Of a DNA stretch of 64,000 nt, positions 12,435-27,500 are shown piece by piece. Below the pieces are notes generated by a model, which was not told the DNA's origin, made no database searches, and saw nothing but the letters and a program-made list of their open reading frames with translations. The first letter of the stretch is position 1; the number at the start of each line of letters is the position of its first letter. This DNA is from Eledone cirrhosa. Lineage: Eukaryota. The position numbers and the translations under genes are program-made. Location of the stretch: the NCBI GenBank assembly GCA_964016885.1, contig OZ024751.1, positions 13,516,001 to 13,580,000 on the forward strand, given 5' to 3'.

Positions 12435-12789
12435 GATATAGATACATACATACACACATACTTACACTATTAACACACAGACAATAAAATCATTTATATA
12501 TACATATACAAACCTACATACACACACAAACCTACATAACATTCACTGAATCATACATCCATTCATACACACACACACACAAACATACACACACACACAG
12601 AATGTATTTGCCTGAATATATATACAAACAAGAGAAGCAGGTGAAGATAGCACAGGAACATTAAAGTGAAAGGTTTAGTCTTTTTCTTGTTTAGTTATTT
12701 TTCTACCATTTTTCTCTTTTTGTCAAACACTGAAGGTCTCATTACAAGACAGGACTGCTTCTCACGATCGTTCTACCTTTATCCGCGGT

Positions 12790-13615
12790 CCTCCACCATC
12801 CCCCCCTCCTCCTCCACCCTCCATCCACCCTCCTCCATCCTCTTACACCACCCTCTTCAATTTACCCCCCCCCTCCAACCGTCGTTCACACACTTTTACT
12901 CCCTCCCCCCCACCTCACTCTTTTTACGATCTTTGTACCTTTAACTGCGGTCTTCCATCCACCTGCCCTGCCTTCCACCTTTGTCTTTCTACATCCCCCC
13001 CCTCCATCATCCTCCACTACCTTCCACCCGCCCTTTCTTCTACCTTTGTCTTTCTACATCTCCTCCCCCAACATCCACCAACCTTTACCCACCCTCCTCC
13101 ACTACCTTTATCACCCCCCCCCCCCATCACCCCCGCCACCATTTGCAATCCTCCACCGCCGCCTCTTGCCACCCCCCCTCCTCCATCTTTTCCCGTCCAT
13201 TCATGGCTTTTCATCCAAAAGATGAATGGATTTTTGTGTTATATATCGACTGTGTTATCTACCATCACATATGAAACTGTGAGGAGGAGGTGGTGGGGGA
13301 AGAGGAGGAGGAGGTGGTGGGGGGAAGAGGAGGAGGTGGGGGAAGAGGAGGAGGAGGAGGTGGAAGAGGAGGTTAAGGTGGTGGAGGAAGCGAAGGTGAA
13401 GGAAGAGGAGGTGGTGGTGGAAGTGGAGGAAGGGGAGGTGGTGGTGGAAGGGGAGGAAGGGGATGTGAAGGAGGAAGAGAGGGTGGTGAAGGTGGAGGAG
13501 GAGGTGAATGTGGAGGAGGAAGAGTTGGTGGTGGTGGAAGAGGAGCAGGTGGAACAGATAATGGAGGCGAATGTGGAGGACGCGAAGGTGGAGGAGAAGG
13601 GGAGGCGCAGGTGGA
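12790..13615. repeat. C-rich tract followed by G-rich (GGA/GGT)n tract
   Basis: Pyrimidine-rich 12790-13200, ~80 bp unique island, purine-rich 13280-13615. Confidence 0.8.
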
Positions 13616-13806
13616 AATAATTGTTTCTACTATTGGCACAAGGCCAGCAATTACCCAGTACATTACTGGTACTTTATTTTATCGACCCCGTAAGGATGAA
13701 AGGCAAAGTCAACCTCGGCGGGATTTGAACTCAGATCGTAAAGGGCGGTAACTATGCTGGAAAGCATGGCGTCCGACCCTCTACCGATACTGCCAATCCA
13801 CCGCCC
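13616..13806 (-). mobile_element. SINE family A, full length
   Basis: Reverse complement of the family A consensus. Confidence 0.92.
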
Positions 13807-13821
13807 TTATATATCTATAAT

Positions 13822-14007
13822 GGGCGGTGAATTGGCAGTATCGCTAGAGGGTCGGACGCCATGCTTTCCAGCATAGTTACGGCCCTTGCCATTCTGAGTT
13901 CAAATCCCGCCGAGGTTAACTTTGCCTTTCATCCTTACGGGGTCGATAAAATAAAGTACCAGTAATGTACTGGATAATTTCTGGCCTTGTGCCAATAGTA
14001 GAAACAA
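13822..14007 (+). mobile_element. SINE family A, full length, with TSD
   Basis: TATATATCTATAA occurs immediately before and after the copy. Confidence 0.92.
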
Positions 14008-14350
14008 GTATATATCTATAAGTTCCTGGCAGACACTTGTATAGAAATATATACATATATAAGATGCTTTCACCAGCAAACAAGAGATCAGTATCTAAAA
14101 ATTACTCGTTTATTTGCAGACGCTATAACCGAAGAATATCATAAGTTGGTGAAGTTTCTGGCTTTGTTAAGTCGAAGGGCAATAGAGGTACCCCAGGGCA
14201 TAGGCCAACGAGGGAGCTCCTACACGAACCACGTGATGCTTACTTATTTCGGTACAAAACAAAGTGGAATCATATTCAGTTCTATTGTTATGTGTTTATG
14301 TGTACGAGTGTGTGCGTGTTTCAGAAATTAAACATACACACACAGAGACA

Positions 14351-14394
<44 letters not shown>

Positions 14395-14420
14395 AGAAAT
14401 TAAACATACACACATAGAGA

Positions 14421-14883
<463 letters not shown>

Positions 14884-15234
14884 TCATGTAGCCCCATGTA
14901 GCTGATAAGTTAAATTGCTAAGAACAACTCGATAATTATAAGTTGCCTCCCCTACATTGTCTCTCAATTAAAAAATTTAAAAACTAGCACTTAACTATAA
15001 ACACTCACAATCTCTAATCTATCGAGAAGTTACTTCCCCTGAAACCATCCTCTAATTAGTAAGGTAAATATGCCCTTTGGCAGCCATCTTGTTACCCATA
15101 GGCAGATTTCACACAATGCAGCCTCGACAGATGAATACTGCTTGATTATGGCTGACAGCTGATGCAACCAAGACCCCATAGTAAAAACCAATATATGGAA
15201 CATTATATTATGTAACATTATTTTAATTTATATT

Positions 15235-15260
15235 GCTGCCTTGTGCCTAAAGTAGAAACA
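15235..15260 (+). mobile_element. 26 nt SINE family A tail with 18 bp TSD
   Basis: GCTGCCTTGTGCCTAAAGTAGAAACA lies between two copies of ATTATTTTAATTTATATT (15217-15234, 15261-15278). Confidence 0.85.
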
Positions 15261-15285
15261 ATTATTTTAATTTATATTCCTTTGA

Positions 15286-15406
15286 GTTCCGATGAGCCAC
15301 TCTGTTTTTTTAAATATGTTAATTATTTTCAACTGAACCAGATCAATTATGATACATAGTCATCTAATCCAGAAATATTATATGGAGTAGCGAAACTATT
15401 GTAAAC
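15286..15406 (+). ncRNA. decayed hammerhead-like motif with extended stem II, downstream of the Penelope ORF
   Basis: GTT-CCGATGA-GCCACTC...GAGTAGC-GAAA-CTATTG-TA-AAC; one core substitution. Confidence 0.35.
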
Positions 15407-15412
15407 GGACAC

Positions 15413-15600
15413 GGTGGATTGGCAGTGTCGGTAGAGGGTCGGACGCCATGCTTTACAGCAGAGTTACGTCCCTTTACGATCTGAGTTCAAATCCCGCCGA
15501 GGTTGACTTTGCCTTTCATCCTTACGGGGTCGATAAAATAAAGTACCAGTAATGCACTGGGTAATTGCTGGCCTTGTGCCTAAAGTAGAAACAATTATTA
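15413..15600 (+). mobile_element. SINE family A, near full length
   Basis: Matches the family A consensus. Confidence 0.92.
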
Positions 15601-16103
15601 TTATTAATATTATTATTCTCTACATTCCTTACATGAAACTAAAATATGTTGACAATCTTTTAATAATGTCTTCCTTGTAAAGTTTGTGGTCTTGTTTTGC
15701 TTAACTAATGAATATTTCCAGCTCTGCGCACCTAACTTCTGCATGAACCCAACCACCTAGCTGCTTTCTACTGCATATTGCACATTGAGCACATGCCTTT
15801 ACGCTTTGGCTTCTAACTAACTCACCAATCTCTCCTCTCATATCTCCTCTACTATCTCCATCTCTCTCTTTAAGATTGGTTACTCTTGAACTGTGTATAT
15901 ATAATATATATAAATATATATATATATATAAATAAATAAATATATATATATATTAAATTGTTAAACAATATTCAATGATTCTGTCAAAGAATGAGTTTTA
16001 CAATAGATTGGAAGCACTCAACGATAAAAAAAAAATTATTTTCTGGAGTTATTAATATTAAAATATAAGTATTAATAAAATAGATGTTCTTTTGATCAAT
16101 TAA

Positions 16104-16156
16104 ATTTTGTTATACATATTTCGGATGTACAACAGTACGTCCTCATCAGACAAAAT
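16104..16156 (-). ncRNA. type I hammerhead ribozyme (family W terminus ~15955-16200)
   Basis: Minus: ATTTTGT-CTGATGA-GGACGTAC TGTT GTACATCC-GAAA-TATGTA-TA-ACAAAAT; intact core and perfect 7 bp stem I. Confidence 0.85.
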
Positions 16157-16199
16157 ATAATGATACATCAAAGGACATCTATTTTATTAATACGTATAT

Positions 16200-17525
<1,326 letters not shown>

Positions 17526-18013
17526 AGTGGTTACACAACTGTTAGTGACTTTGAAATTTCAGCTTGATCACTTTATCTGGCTACAGACATATTTATATTT
17601 ACTAGCAGGTGTAGTGTGTATATTGATATTATACGCAAGTATATACACATGTAGATATGATACATCAAATAAAATCGTCATTGACAATATAAACAGAAAT
17701 TGAACGAAGTCTTTGTTACACTGTCTTCTGTAATCAGTAATCCATGATATATTGAAAAAAAGACGATATTATATATAAACTGCATTAGGAGAAAATTAGC
17801 GACGGAAATATATGCGATATTTTTATAAGTGTTATAATATAAGAGCCACTAACCGGAAGTGTTCACATTTGAGAATTTTAAAGAAGTGAATTTTAAAGCA
17901 GTGAATTTTAAAGGTCTTTAAATAAGCTATAAAATATATTTAATCAACAGCCACGAAATTTAGCACATAAATTATGTAATATTCATTAATTATTTATTCA
18001 AACTTTGTCTTTA

Positions 18014-18095
18014 ATTCTTACGGGGTCGATAAAATAAAGTACCAGGAATACACTGCGATAATTGCTGGCCTTGTGCCAAAAGTAGAAACAATTAT
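18014..18095 (+). mobile_element. SINE family A 3' fragment
   Basis: CTTACGGGGTCGATAAAATAAAGTACCAG...GTAGAAACAATT. Confidence 0.85.
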
Positions 18096-18194
18096 TTATT
18101 AAAAGTAATCCAAATTATTTTAGAAACGGGGTAAAAAATATATGATGGACGCAGTCCCGCACTCCTTTCTTTATTATAGTTTATATATATAGAT

Positions 18195-18410
18195 ATAACG
18201 AAAGAAATGTGGTAAGGAACCAGATGGCCCATAACGCACCAAAGGACTCAATACTTGGGGTAGTAGAGTGGGTAATAAGAACGAGTAGGACACCGACGGC
18301 TGAGCTCAAGCCGTTTCGACGGCTAATTCTGGACTAAAAATAGTCCAGAATTTTAGTCCAGAATTAGCCGTCGAAACGGCTTGAGCTCAGCCGTCGGGGT
18401 CCTACTCGTT

Positions 18411-18413
<3 letters not shown>
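18195..18413 (-). mobile_element. Penelope-like terminus family X with palindrome
   Basis: Arms ~18279-18335/18355-18411 with a duplicated TAGTCCAGAATT at the centre; (TA)n flanks. Confidence 0.75.
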
Positions 18414-18454
<41 letters not shown>

Positions 18455-18526
18455 CTATTATTTAGTGATTTTTGCAAACCGGTAAGAGCTACAGCAACAA
18501 ATAGCACGAATAGCAGCAACCCAATT

Positions 18527-18528
18527 AA

Positions 18529-18565
<37 letters not shown>

Positions 18566-21500
18566 TTTAGTAGTAGTAGTAGCAGTAGCAGTAGTAGCAG
18601 TAATATTAGTATATAGTAGTAGTAATAGTAGTATTAGTAATAGTAATAGTAGTAGTAGTAGTAGTAGTAGTAATAGTAGTTGTACTAATAGCAGTTGTAG
18701 TAATAGTAGTAGTAGTAGTAGCAGTATTTGTTGTTGTGACAGTAGTAGTTGTAGTATTTGTTGCTATTGTGGTAGTGACAGTAACAGTAGTAGTAGTAGT
18801 ATTTGTTGTTGTGGTGGTAGTGACAGTAACAGTAGTAGTAGTAGTATTTGTTGTTGTGGTGGTAGTGACAGTAACAGTAGTAGTAGTAGTAGTAGTAGTA
18901 TTTGTTGTTGTGGTGGTAGTGACAGTAACAGTAGTAGTAGTAGTAGTATTTGTTGTTGTGGTGGTAGTGACAGTAGCAGTAGTAGTAGTAGTAGTAGTAT
19001 TTGTTGTTGTGGTGGTAGTGACAGTAACAGTAGTAGTAGTAGTATTTGTTGTTGTGGTGGTAGTGACAGTAACAGTAGTAGTAGTAGTATTTGTTGTTGT
19101 GGTGGTAGTGACAGTAACAGTAGTAGTAGTAGTATTTGTTGTGGTGGAAGTGACAGTAACAGTAGTAGTAGTAGTATTTGTTGTTGTGGTGGTAGTAACA
19201 GTAACAGTAGTAGTAGTAGTAGTAGTATTTGTTGTTGTGGTGGTAGTGACAGTAACAGTAGTAGTAGTAGCAGTATTTGTTGTTGTGGTGGTAGTGACAG
19301 TAACAGTAGTAGTAGTAGTAGTATTTGTTGTTGTGGTGGTAGTGACAGTAACAGTAGTAGTAGTAGTATTTGTTGTTGTGGTGGTAGTGACAGTAACAGT
19401 AGTAGTAGTAGTAGTAGTATTTGTTGTTGTGGTGGTAGTGACAGTAACAGTAGTAGTAGTAGTATTTGTTGTTGTGGTGGTAGTGACAGTAACAGTAGTA
19501 GTAGTAGTATTTGTTGTTGTGGTGGTAGTGACAGTAACAGTAGTAGTAGTAGTATTTGTTGTTGTGGTGGTAGTGACACTAACAGTAGTAGTAGTAGTAT
19601 TTGTTGTTGTGGTGGTAGTGACAGTAACAGTAGTAGTAGTAGTAGTAGTAGTATTTGTTGTTGTGGTGGTAGTGACACTAACAGTAGTAGTAGTAGTATT
19701 TGTTGTTGTGGTGGTAGTGACAGTAGTAGTAGTATTTGTTGTTGTGGTGGTAGTGACAGTAGTAGTAGTAGTATTTGTTGTTGTGGTGGTAGTGACAGTA
19801 ACAGTAGTAGTAGTAGTATTTGTTGTTGTGGTGGTAGTGACAGTAACAGTAGTAGTAGTAGTAGTATTTGTTGTTGTGGTGGTAGTGACAGTAGTAGTAG
19901 TAGTAGTATTTGTTGTTGTGGTGGTAGTGACAGTAGTAGTAGTAGTATTTGTTGTTGTGGTGGTAGTGACAGTAACAGTAGTAGTAGTAGTAGTATTTGT
20001 TGTTGTGGTGGTAGTGACATTAACAGTAGTAGTAGTAGTATTTGTTGTTGTGGTGGTAGTGACAGTAGTAGTAGTAGTATTTGTTGTTGTGGTGGTAGTG
20101 ACAGTAACAGTAGTAGTAGTAGTATTTGTTGTTGTGGTGGTAGTGACAGTAACAGTAGTAGTAGTAGTAGTATTTGTTGTTGTGGTGGTAGTGACATTAA
20201 CAGTAGTAGTAGTAGTATTTGTTGTTGTGGTGGTAGTGACAGTAGTAGTAGTAGTATTTGTTGTTGTGGTGGTAGTGACAGTAACAGTAGTAGTAGTAGT
20301 ATTTGTTGTTGTGGTGGTAGTGACAGTAACAGTAGTAGTAGTAGTAGTATTTGTTGTTGTGGTGGTAGTGACAGTAACAGTAGTAGTAGTAGTATTTGTT
20401 GTTGTGGTGGTAGTGACAGTAACAGTAGTAGTAGTAGTAGTAGTATTTGTTGTTGTGGTGGTAGTGACACTAACAGTAGTAGTAGTAGTATTTGTTGTTG
20501 TGGTGGTAGTGACATTAACAGTAGTAGTAGTAGTATTTGTTGTTGTGGTGGTAGTGACAGTAGTAGTAGTAGTATTTGTTGTTGTGGTGGTAGTGACAGT
20601 AACAGTAGTAGTAGTAGTATTTGTTGTTGTGGTGGTAGTGACAGTAACAGTAGTAGTAGTAGTAGTATTTGTTGTTGTGGTGGTAGTGACACTAACAGTA
20701 GTAGTAGTAGTAGTATTTGTTGTTGTGGTGGTAGTGACAGTAACAGTAGTAGTAGTAGTAGTAGTATTTGTTGTTGTGGTGGTAGTGACACTAACAGTAG
20801 TAGTAGTAGTATTTGTTGTTGTGGTGGTAGTGACAGTAACAGTAGTAGTAGTAGTAGTATTTGTTGTTGTGGTGGTAGTGACAGTAACAGTAGTAGTAGT
20901 AGTATTTGTTGTTGTGGTGGTAGTGACAGTAACAGTAGTAGTAGTAGTATTTGTTGTTGTGGTGGTAGTGACAGTAACAGTAGTAGTAGTAGTAGTAGTA
21001 TTTGTTGTTGTGGTGGTAGTGACACTAACAGTAGTAGTAGTAGTATTTGTTGTTGTGGTGGTAGTGACACTAACAGTAGTAGTAGTAGTATTTGTTGTTG
21101 TGGTGGTAGTGACAGTAACAGTAGTAGTAGTAGTATTTGTTGTTGTGGTGGTAGTGACAGTAATAGTAGTAGTAGTAGTAGTAGTATTTGTTGTTGTGGT
21201 GGTAGTGACAGTAACAGTAGTAGTAGCAGTATTTGTTGTTGTGGTGGTAGTGACACTAACAGTAGTAGTAGTAGTAGTAGTATTTGTTGTTGTGGTGGTA
21301 GTGACAGTAACAGTAGCAGTAGTAGTAGTATTTGTTGTTGTGGTGGTAGTGACACTAACAGTAGTAGTAGTAGTATTTGTTGTTGTGGTGGTAGTGACAC
21401 TAACAGTAGTAGTAGTAGTAGTAGTATTTGTTGTTGTGGTGGTAGTGACAGTAACAGTAGTAGTAGTAGTATTTGTTGTTGTGGTGGTAGTGACACTAAC

Positions 21501-24500
21501 AGTAGTAGTAGTAGTAGTAGTATTTGTTGTTGTGGTGGTAGTGACACTAACAGTAGTAGTAGTAGTAGTAGTATTTGTTGTGGTGGTGGTAGTGACAGTA
21601 ACAGTAGTAGTAGTAGTATTTGTTGTTGTGGTGGTAGTGACACTAACAGTAGTAGTAGTAGTATTTGTTGTTGTGGTGGTAGTGACACTAACAGTAGTAG
21701 TAGTAGTATTTGTTGTTGTGGTGGTAGTGACAGTAACAGTAGTAGTATTTGTTGTTGTGGTGGTAGTGACACTAACAGTATTAGTAGTAGTAGTCGTATT
21801 TGTTGTTGTGGTGGTAGTGACAGTAACAGTAGTAGTAGTAGTAGTAGTATTTGTTGTTGTGGTGGTAGTGACACTAACAGTATTAGTAGTAGTAGTCGTA
21901 TTTGTTGTTGTGGTGGTAGTGACACTAACAGTAGTAGTAGTAGTAGTAGTATTTGTTGTTGTGGTGGTAGTGACACTAACAGTAGTAGTAGTAGTAGTCG
22001 TATTTGTTGTTGTGGTGGTAGTGACACTAACAGTAGTAGTAGTAGTAGTAGTATTTGTTGTTGTGGTGGTAGTGACACTAACAGTAGTAGTAGTAGTAGT
22101 AGTATTTGTTGTTGTGGTGGTAGTGACACTAACAGTAGTAGTAGTAGTATTTGTTGTTGTGGTGGTAGTGACACTAACAGTAGTAGTAGTAGTAGTAGTA
22201 TTTGTTGTTGTGGTGGTAGTGACAGTAACAGTAGTAGTAGTAGTATTTGTTGTTGTGGTGGTAGTGACACTAACAGTAGTAGTAGTAGTAGTAGTATTTG
22301 TTGTTGTGGTGGTAGTGACACTAACAGTAGTAGTAGTAGTAGTAGTATTTGTTGTGGTGGTGGTAGTGACAGTAACAGTAGTAGTAGTAGTATTTGTTGT
22401 TGTGGTGGTAGTGACACTAACAGTAGTAGTAGTAGTAGTATTTGTTGTGGTGGTGGTAGTGACAGTAACAGTAGTAGTAGTAGTATTTGTTGTTGTGGTG
22501 GTAGTGACAGTAACAGTAGTAGTAGTAGTATTTGTTGTTGTGGTGGTAGTGACAGTAACAGTAGTAGTAGTAGTAGTATTTGTTGTTGTGGTGGTAGTGA
22601 CACTAACAGTAGTAGTAGTAGTAGTAGTATTTGTTGTTGTGGTGGTAGTGACAGTAACAGGAGCAGTAGTAGTATTTGTTGTTGTGGTGGTAGGGACAGT
22701 AACAGTAGTAGTAGTAGTAGTAGTATTTGTTGTTGTGGTGGTAGTGACACTAACAGTAGTAGTAGCAGTAGTAGTATTTGTTGTGGTGGTGGTAGTGACA
22801 GTAGTAGTAGTAGTATTTGTTGTTGTGGTGGTAGTGACAGTAACAGTAGTAGTAGTAGTATTTGTTGTTGTGGTGGTAGTGACAGTAACAGTAGTAGTAG
22901 TAGTATTTGTTGTTGTAGTAGTAGTAGTAGTATTTGTTGTTGTGGTGGTAGTGACAGTAACAGTAGCAGTAGTAGTATTTGTTGTTGTGGTGGTAGTGAC
23001 ACTAACAGTAGTAGTAGTAGTAGTAGTATTTGTTGTTGTGGTGGTAGTGACAGTAACAGTAGTAGTAGTAGTATTTGTTGTTGTGGTGGTAGTGACAGTA
23101 GCAGTGGTAGTAGTAGTATTTGTTGTTGTGGTGGTAGTGACAGTAACAGTAGTAGTAGTAGTAGTATTTGTTGTTGTGGTGGTAGTGACAGTAACAGTAG
23201 TAGTAGTAGTAGTATTTGTTGTTGTGGTGGTAGTGACAGTAACAGTAGTAGTAGTAGTAGTAGTATTTGTTGTTGTGGTGGTAGTGACAGTAACAGTAGT
23301 AGTAGTAGTAGTATTTGTTGTTGTGGTGGTAGTGACAGTAACAGTAGTAGTAGTAGTAGTAGTATTTGTTGTTGTGGTGGTAGTGACAGTAACAGTAGTA
23401 GTAGTAGTAGTATTTGTTGTGGTGGTAGTGACAGTAACAGTAGTAGTAGTAGTAGTAGTATTTGTTGTTGTGGTGGTAGTGAAAGTAACAGTAGTAGTAG
23501 TAGTATTTGTTGTTGTGGTGGTAGTGACAGTAACAGTAGTAGTAGTAGTATTTGTTGTTGTGGTGGTAGTGACAGTAACAGTAGTAGTAGTAGTAGTATT
23601 TGTTGTTGTGGTGGTAGTGACAGTAGCAGTAGTAGTAGCAGTATTTGTTGTTGTGGTGGTAGTGACAGTAACAGTAGTAGTAGTAGTAGTATTTGTTGTT
23701 GTGGTGGTAGTGACAGTAACAGTAGTAGTAGTATTTGTTGTGGTGGTAGTGACAGTAACAGTAGTAGTAGTAGTAGTATTTGTTGTTGTGGTGGTAGTGA
23801 CAGTAACAGTAGTAGTAGTAGTATTTGTTGTTGTGGTGACAGTAACAGTAGCAGTAGTAGTAGTATTTGTTGTTGTGGTGGTAGTGACAGTAACAGTAGT
23901 AGTAGTATTATTTGTTGTTGTGGTGACAGTAACAGTAGCAGTAGTAGTAGTATTTGTTGTTGTGGTGGTAGTGACAGTAACAGTAGTAGTAGCAGTATTT
24001 GTTGTTGTGGTGGTAGTGACAGTAACAGTAGTAGTAGTAGTAGTATTTGTTGTTGTGGTGGTAGTGACAGTAACAGTAGTAGTAGTATTTGTTGTTGTGG
24101 TGGTAGTGACAGTAACAGTAGTAGTAGTAGTAGTATTTGTTGTTGTGGTGGTAGTGACAGTAACAGTAGTAGTAGTAGTATTTGTTGTGGTGGTAGTGAC
24201 AGTAACAGTAGTAGTAGTATTATTTGTTGTTGTGGTGACAGTAACAGTAGCAGTAGTAGTAGTATTTGTTGTTGTGGTGGTAGTGACAGTAACAGTAGTA
24301 GTAGTAGTATTTGTTGTTGTGGAGGTAGTGACAGTAACAGTAGCAGTAGTAGTAGTATTTGTTGTTGTGGTGGTAGTGACAGTAACAGTAGTAGTAGTAG
24401 TATTTGTTGTTGTGGTGGTAGTGACAGTAACAGTAGTAGCAGTAGTAGTAGTATTTGTTGTTGTGGTGGTAGTGACAGTAACAGTAGTAGTAGTAGTATT

Positions 24501-27500
24501 TGTTGTTGTGGTGGTAGTGACAGTAACAGTAGTAGTAGTAGTATTTGTTGTTGTGGTGGTAGTGACACTAACAGTAGTAGTAGTAGTATTTGTTGTTGTG
24601 GTGGTAGTGACAGTAACAGTAGTAGTAGTAGTATTTGTTGTTGTGGTGGTAGTGACAGTAACAGTAGTAGTAGTAGTATTTGTTGTTGTGGTGGTAGTGA
24701 CAGTAACAGTAGTAGTAGTAGTAGTATTTGTTGTTGTGGTGGTAGTGACAGTAACAGTAGTAGTAGTAGTATTTGTTGTTGTGGTGGTAGTGACAGTAAC
24801 AGTAGTAGTAGTAGTAGTAGTAGTATTTGTTGTTGTGGTGGTAGTGACACTAACAGTAGTAGTAGTAGTATTTGTTGTTGTGGTGGTAGTGACACTAACA
24901 GTAGTAGTAGTAGTAGTATTTGTTGTTGTGGTGGTAGTGACAGTAACAGTAGTAGTAGTAGTATTTGTTGTTGTGGTGGTAGTGACACTAACAGTAGTAG
25001 TAGTAGTAGTAGTATTTGTTGTTGTGGTGGTAGTGACAGTAACAGTAGTAGTAGTAGTATTTGTTGTTGTGGTGGTAGTGACAGTAACAGTAGTAGTAGT
25101 AGTATTTGTTGTTGTGGTGGTAGTGACAGTAACAGTAGTAGTAGTAGTAGTATTTGTTGTTGTGGTGGTAGTGACAGTAACAGTAGTAGTAGTAGTATTT
25201 GTTGTTGTGGTGGTAGTGACAGTAACAGTAGTAGTAGTAGTAGTATTTGTTGTTGTGGTGGTAGTGACAGTAACAGTAGTAGTAGTAGTATTTGTTGTTG
25301 TGGTGGTAGTGACAGTAAAGGTAGTAGTAGTAGTATTTGTTGTTGTGGTGGTAGTGACAGTAACAGTAGTAGTAGTATTTGTTGTTGTGGTGGTAGTGAC
25401 AGTAACAGTAGTAGTAGTAGTATTTGTTGTTGTGGTGGTAGTGACAGTAACAGTAGTAGTAGTAGTAGTAGTATTTGTTGTTGTGGTGGTAGTGACACTA
25501 ACAGTAGTAGTAGTAGTATTTGTTGTTGTGGTGGTAGTGACAGTAACAGTAGTAGTAGTAGTATTTGTTGTTGTGGTGGTAGTGACACTAACAGTAGTAG
25601 TAGTAGTAGTAGTATTTGTTGTTGTGGTGGTAGTGACAGTAACAGTAGTAGTAGTAGTATTTGTTGTTGTGGTGGTAGTGACACTAACAGTAGTAGTAGT
25701 AGTAGTAGTAGTAGTATTTGTTGTTGTGGTGGTAGTGACACTAACAGTAGTAGTAGTAGTATTCGTTGTTGTGGTGGTAGTGACACTAACAGTAGTAGTA
25801 GTAGTAGTAGTATTTGTTGTTGTGGTGGTAGTGACAGTAACAGTAGTAGTAGTAGTATTTGTTGTTGTGGTGGTAGTGACAGTAACAGTAGTAGTAGTAG
25901 TATTTGTTGTTGTGGTGGTAGTGACAGTAACAGTAGTAGTAGTAGTATTTGTTGTTGTGGTGGTAGTGACACTAACAGTAGTAGTAGTAGTAGTATTTGT
26001 TGTTGTGGTGGTAGTGACAGTAACAGTAGTAGTAGTAGTATTTGTTGTTGTGGTGGTAGTGACACTAACAGTAGTAGTAGTAGTAGTAGTATTTGTTGTT
26101 GTGGTGGTAGTGACACTAACAGTAGTAGTAGTAGTATTTGTTGTTGTGGTGGTAGTGACACTAACAGTAGTAGTAGTAGTAGTAGTATTTGTTGTTGTGG
26201 TGGTAGTGACAGTAACAGTAGTAGTAGTAGTAGTAGTATTTGTTGTGGTGGTAGTGACACTAACAGTAGTAGTAGTAGTAGTAGTATTTGTTGTGGTGGT
26301 GGTAGTGACAGTAACAGTAGTAGTAGTAGTATTTGTTGTTGTGGTGGTAGTGACAGTAACAGTAGTAGTAGTAGTATTTGTTGTTGTGGTGGTAGTGACA
26401 CTAACAGTAGTAGTAGTAGTAGTAGTAGTATTTGTTGTTGTGGTGGTAGTGACACTAACAGTAGTAGTAGTAGTAGTAGTATTTGTTGTGGTGGTTGTAG
26501 TGACAGTAACAGTAGTAGTAGTAGTAGTATTTGTTGTGGTGGTGGTAGTAACAGTAGTAGTAGTAGTAGTATTTGTTGTTGTGGTGGTAGTGACAGTAAC
26601 AGTAGTAGTAGTAGTATTTGTTGTTGTGGTGGTAGTGACAGTAACAGTAGTAGTAGTAGTATTTGTTGTTGTGGTGGTAGTGACAGTAACAGTAGTAGTA
26701 GTAGTATTTGTTGTTGTGGTGGTAGTGACACTAACAGTAGTAGTAGTAGTAGTAGTAGTATTTGTTGTTGTGGTGGTAGTGACAGTAACAGTAGCAGTAG
26801 TAGTATTTGTTGTTGTGGTGGTAGTGACACTAACAGTAGTAGTAGTAGTAGTATTTGTTGTTGTGGTGGTAGTGACAGTAGCAGTGGTAGTAGTAGTATT
26901 TGTTGTTGTGGTGGTAGTGACAGTAACAGTAGTAGTAGTAGTAGTATTTGTTGTTGTGGTGGTAGTGACAGTAGCAGTGGTAGTAGTAGTAGTATTTGTT
27001 GTTGTGGTGGTAGTGACAGTAACAGTAGTAGTAGTAGTATTTGTTGTTGTGGTGGTAGTGACAGTAACAGTAGTAGTAGTAGTAGTAGTATTTGTTGTTG
27101 TGGTGGTAGTGACAGTAACAGTAGTAGTAGTAGTAGTATTTGTTGTTGTGGTGGTAGTGACAGTAACAGTAGTAGTAGTAGTATTTGTTGTTGTGGTGGT
27201 AGTGAAAGTAACAGTAGTAGTAGTAGTATTTGTTGTTGTGGTGGTAGTGACAGTAACAGTAGTAGTATTTGTTGTTGTGGTGGTAGTGACAGTAACAGTA
27301 GTAGTAGTAGTATTTGTTGTTGTGGTGGTAGTGACAGTAACAGTAGTAGTAGTAGTATTTGTTGTTGTGGTGGTAGTGACAGTAACAGTAGTAGTAGTAG
27401 TATTTGTTGTTGTGGTGGTAGTGACAGTAACAGTAGTAGTAGTAGTATTTGTTGTTGTGGTGGTAGTGACAGTAGCAGTAGCAGTAGTAGTAGTATTTGT

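Noticed and set aside
13222-13663. Glu/Val-rich and Pro-rich ORFs
   Set aside because: Low-complexity (GGA/GGT)n tract that runs into a SINE tail.
17530-18000. Possible DNA-transposon remnant
   Set aside because: No terminal inverted repeats or second copy could be identified in the window.
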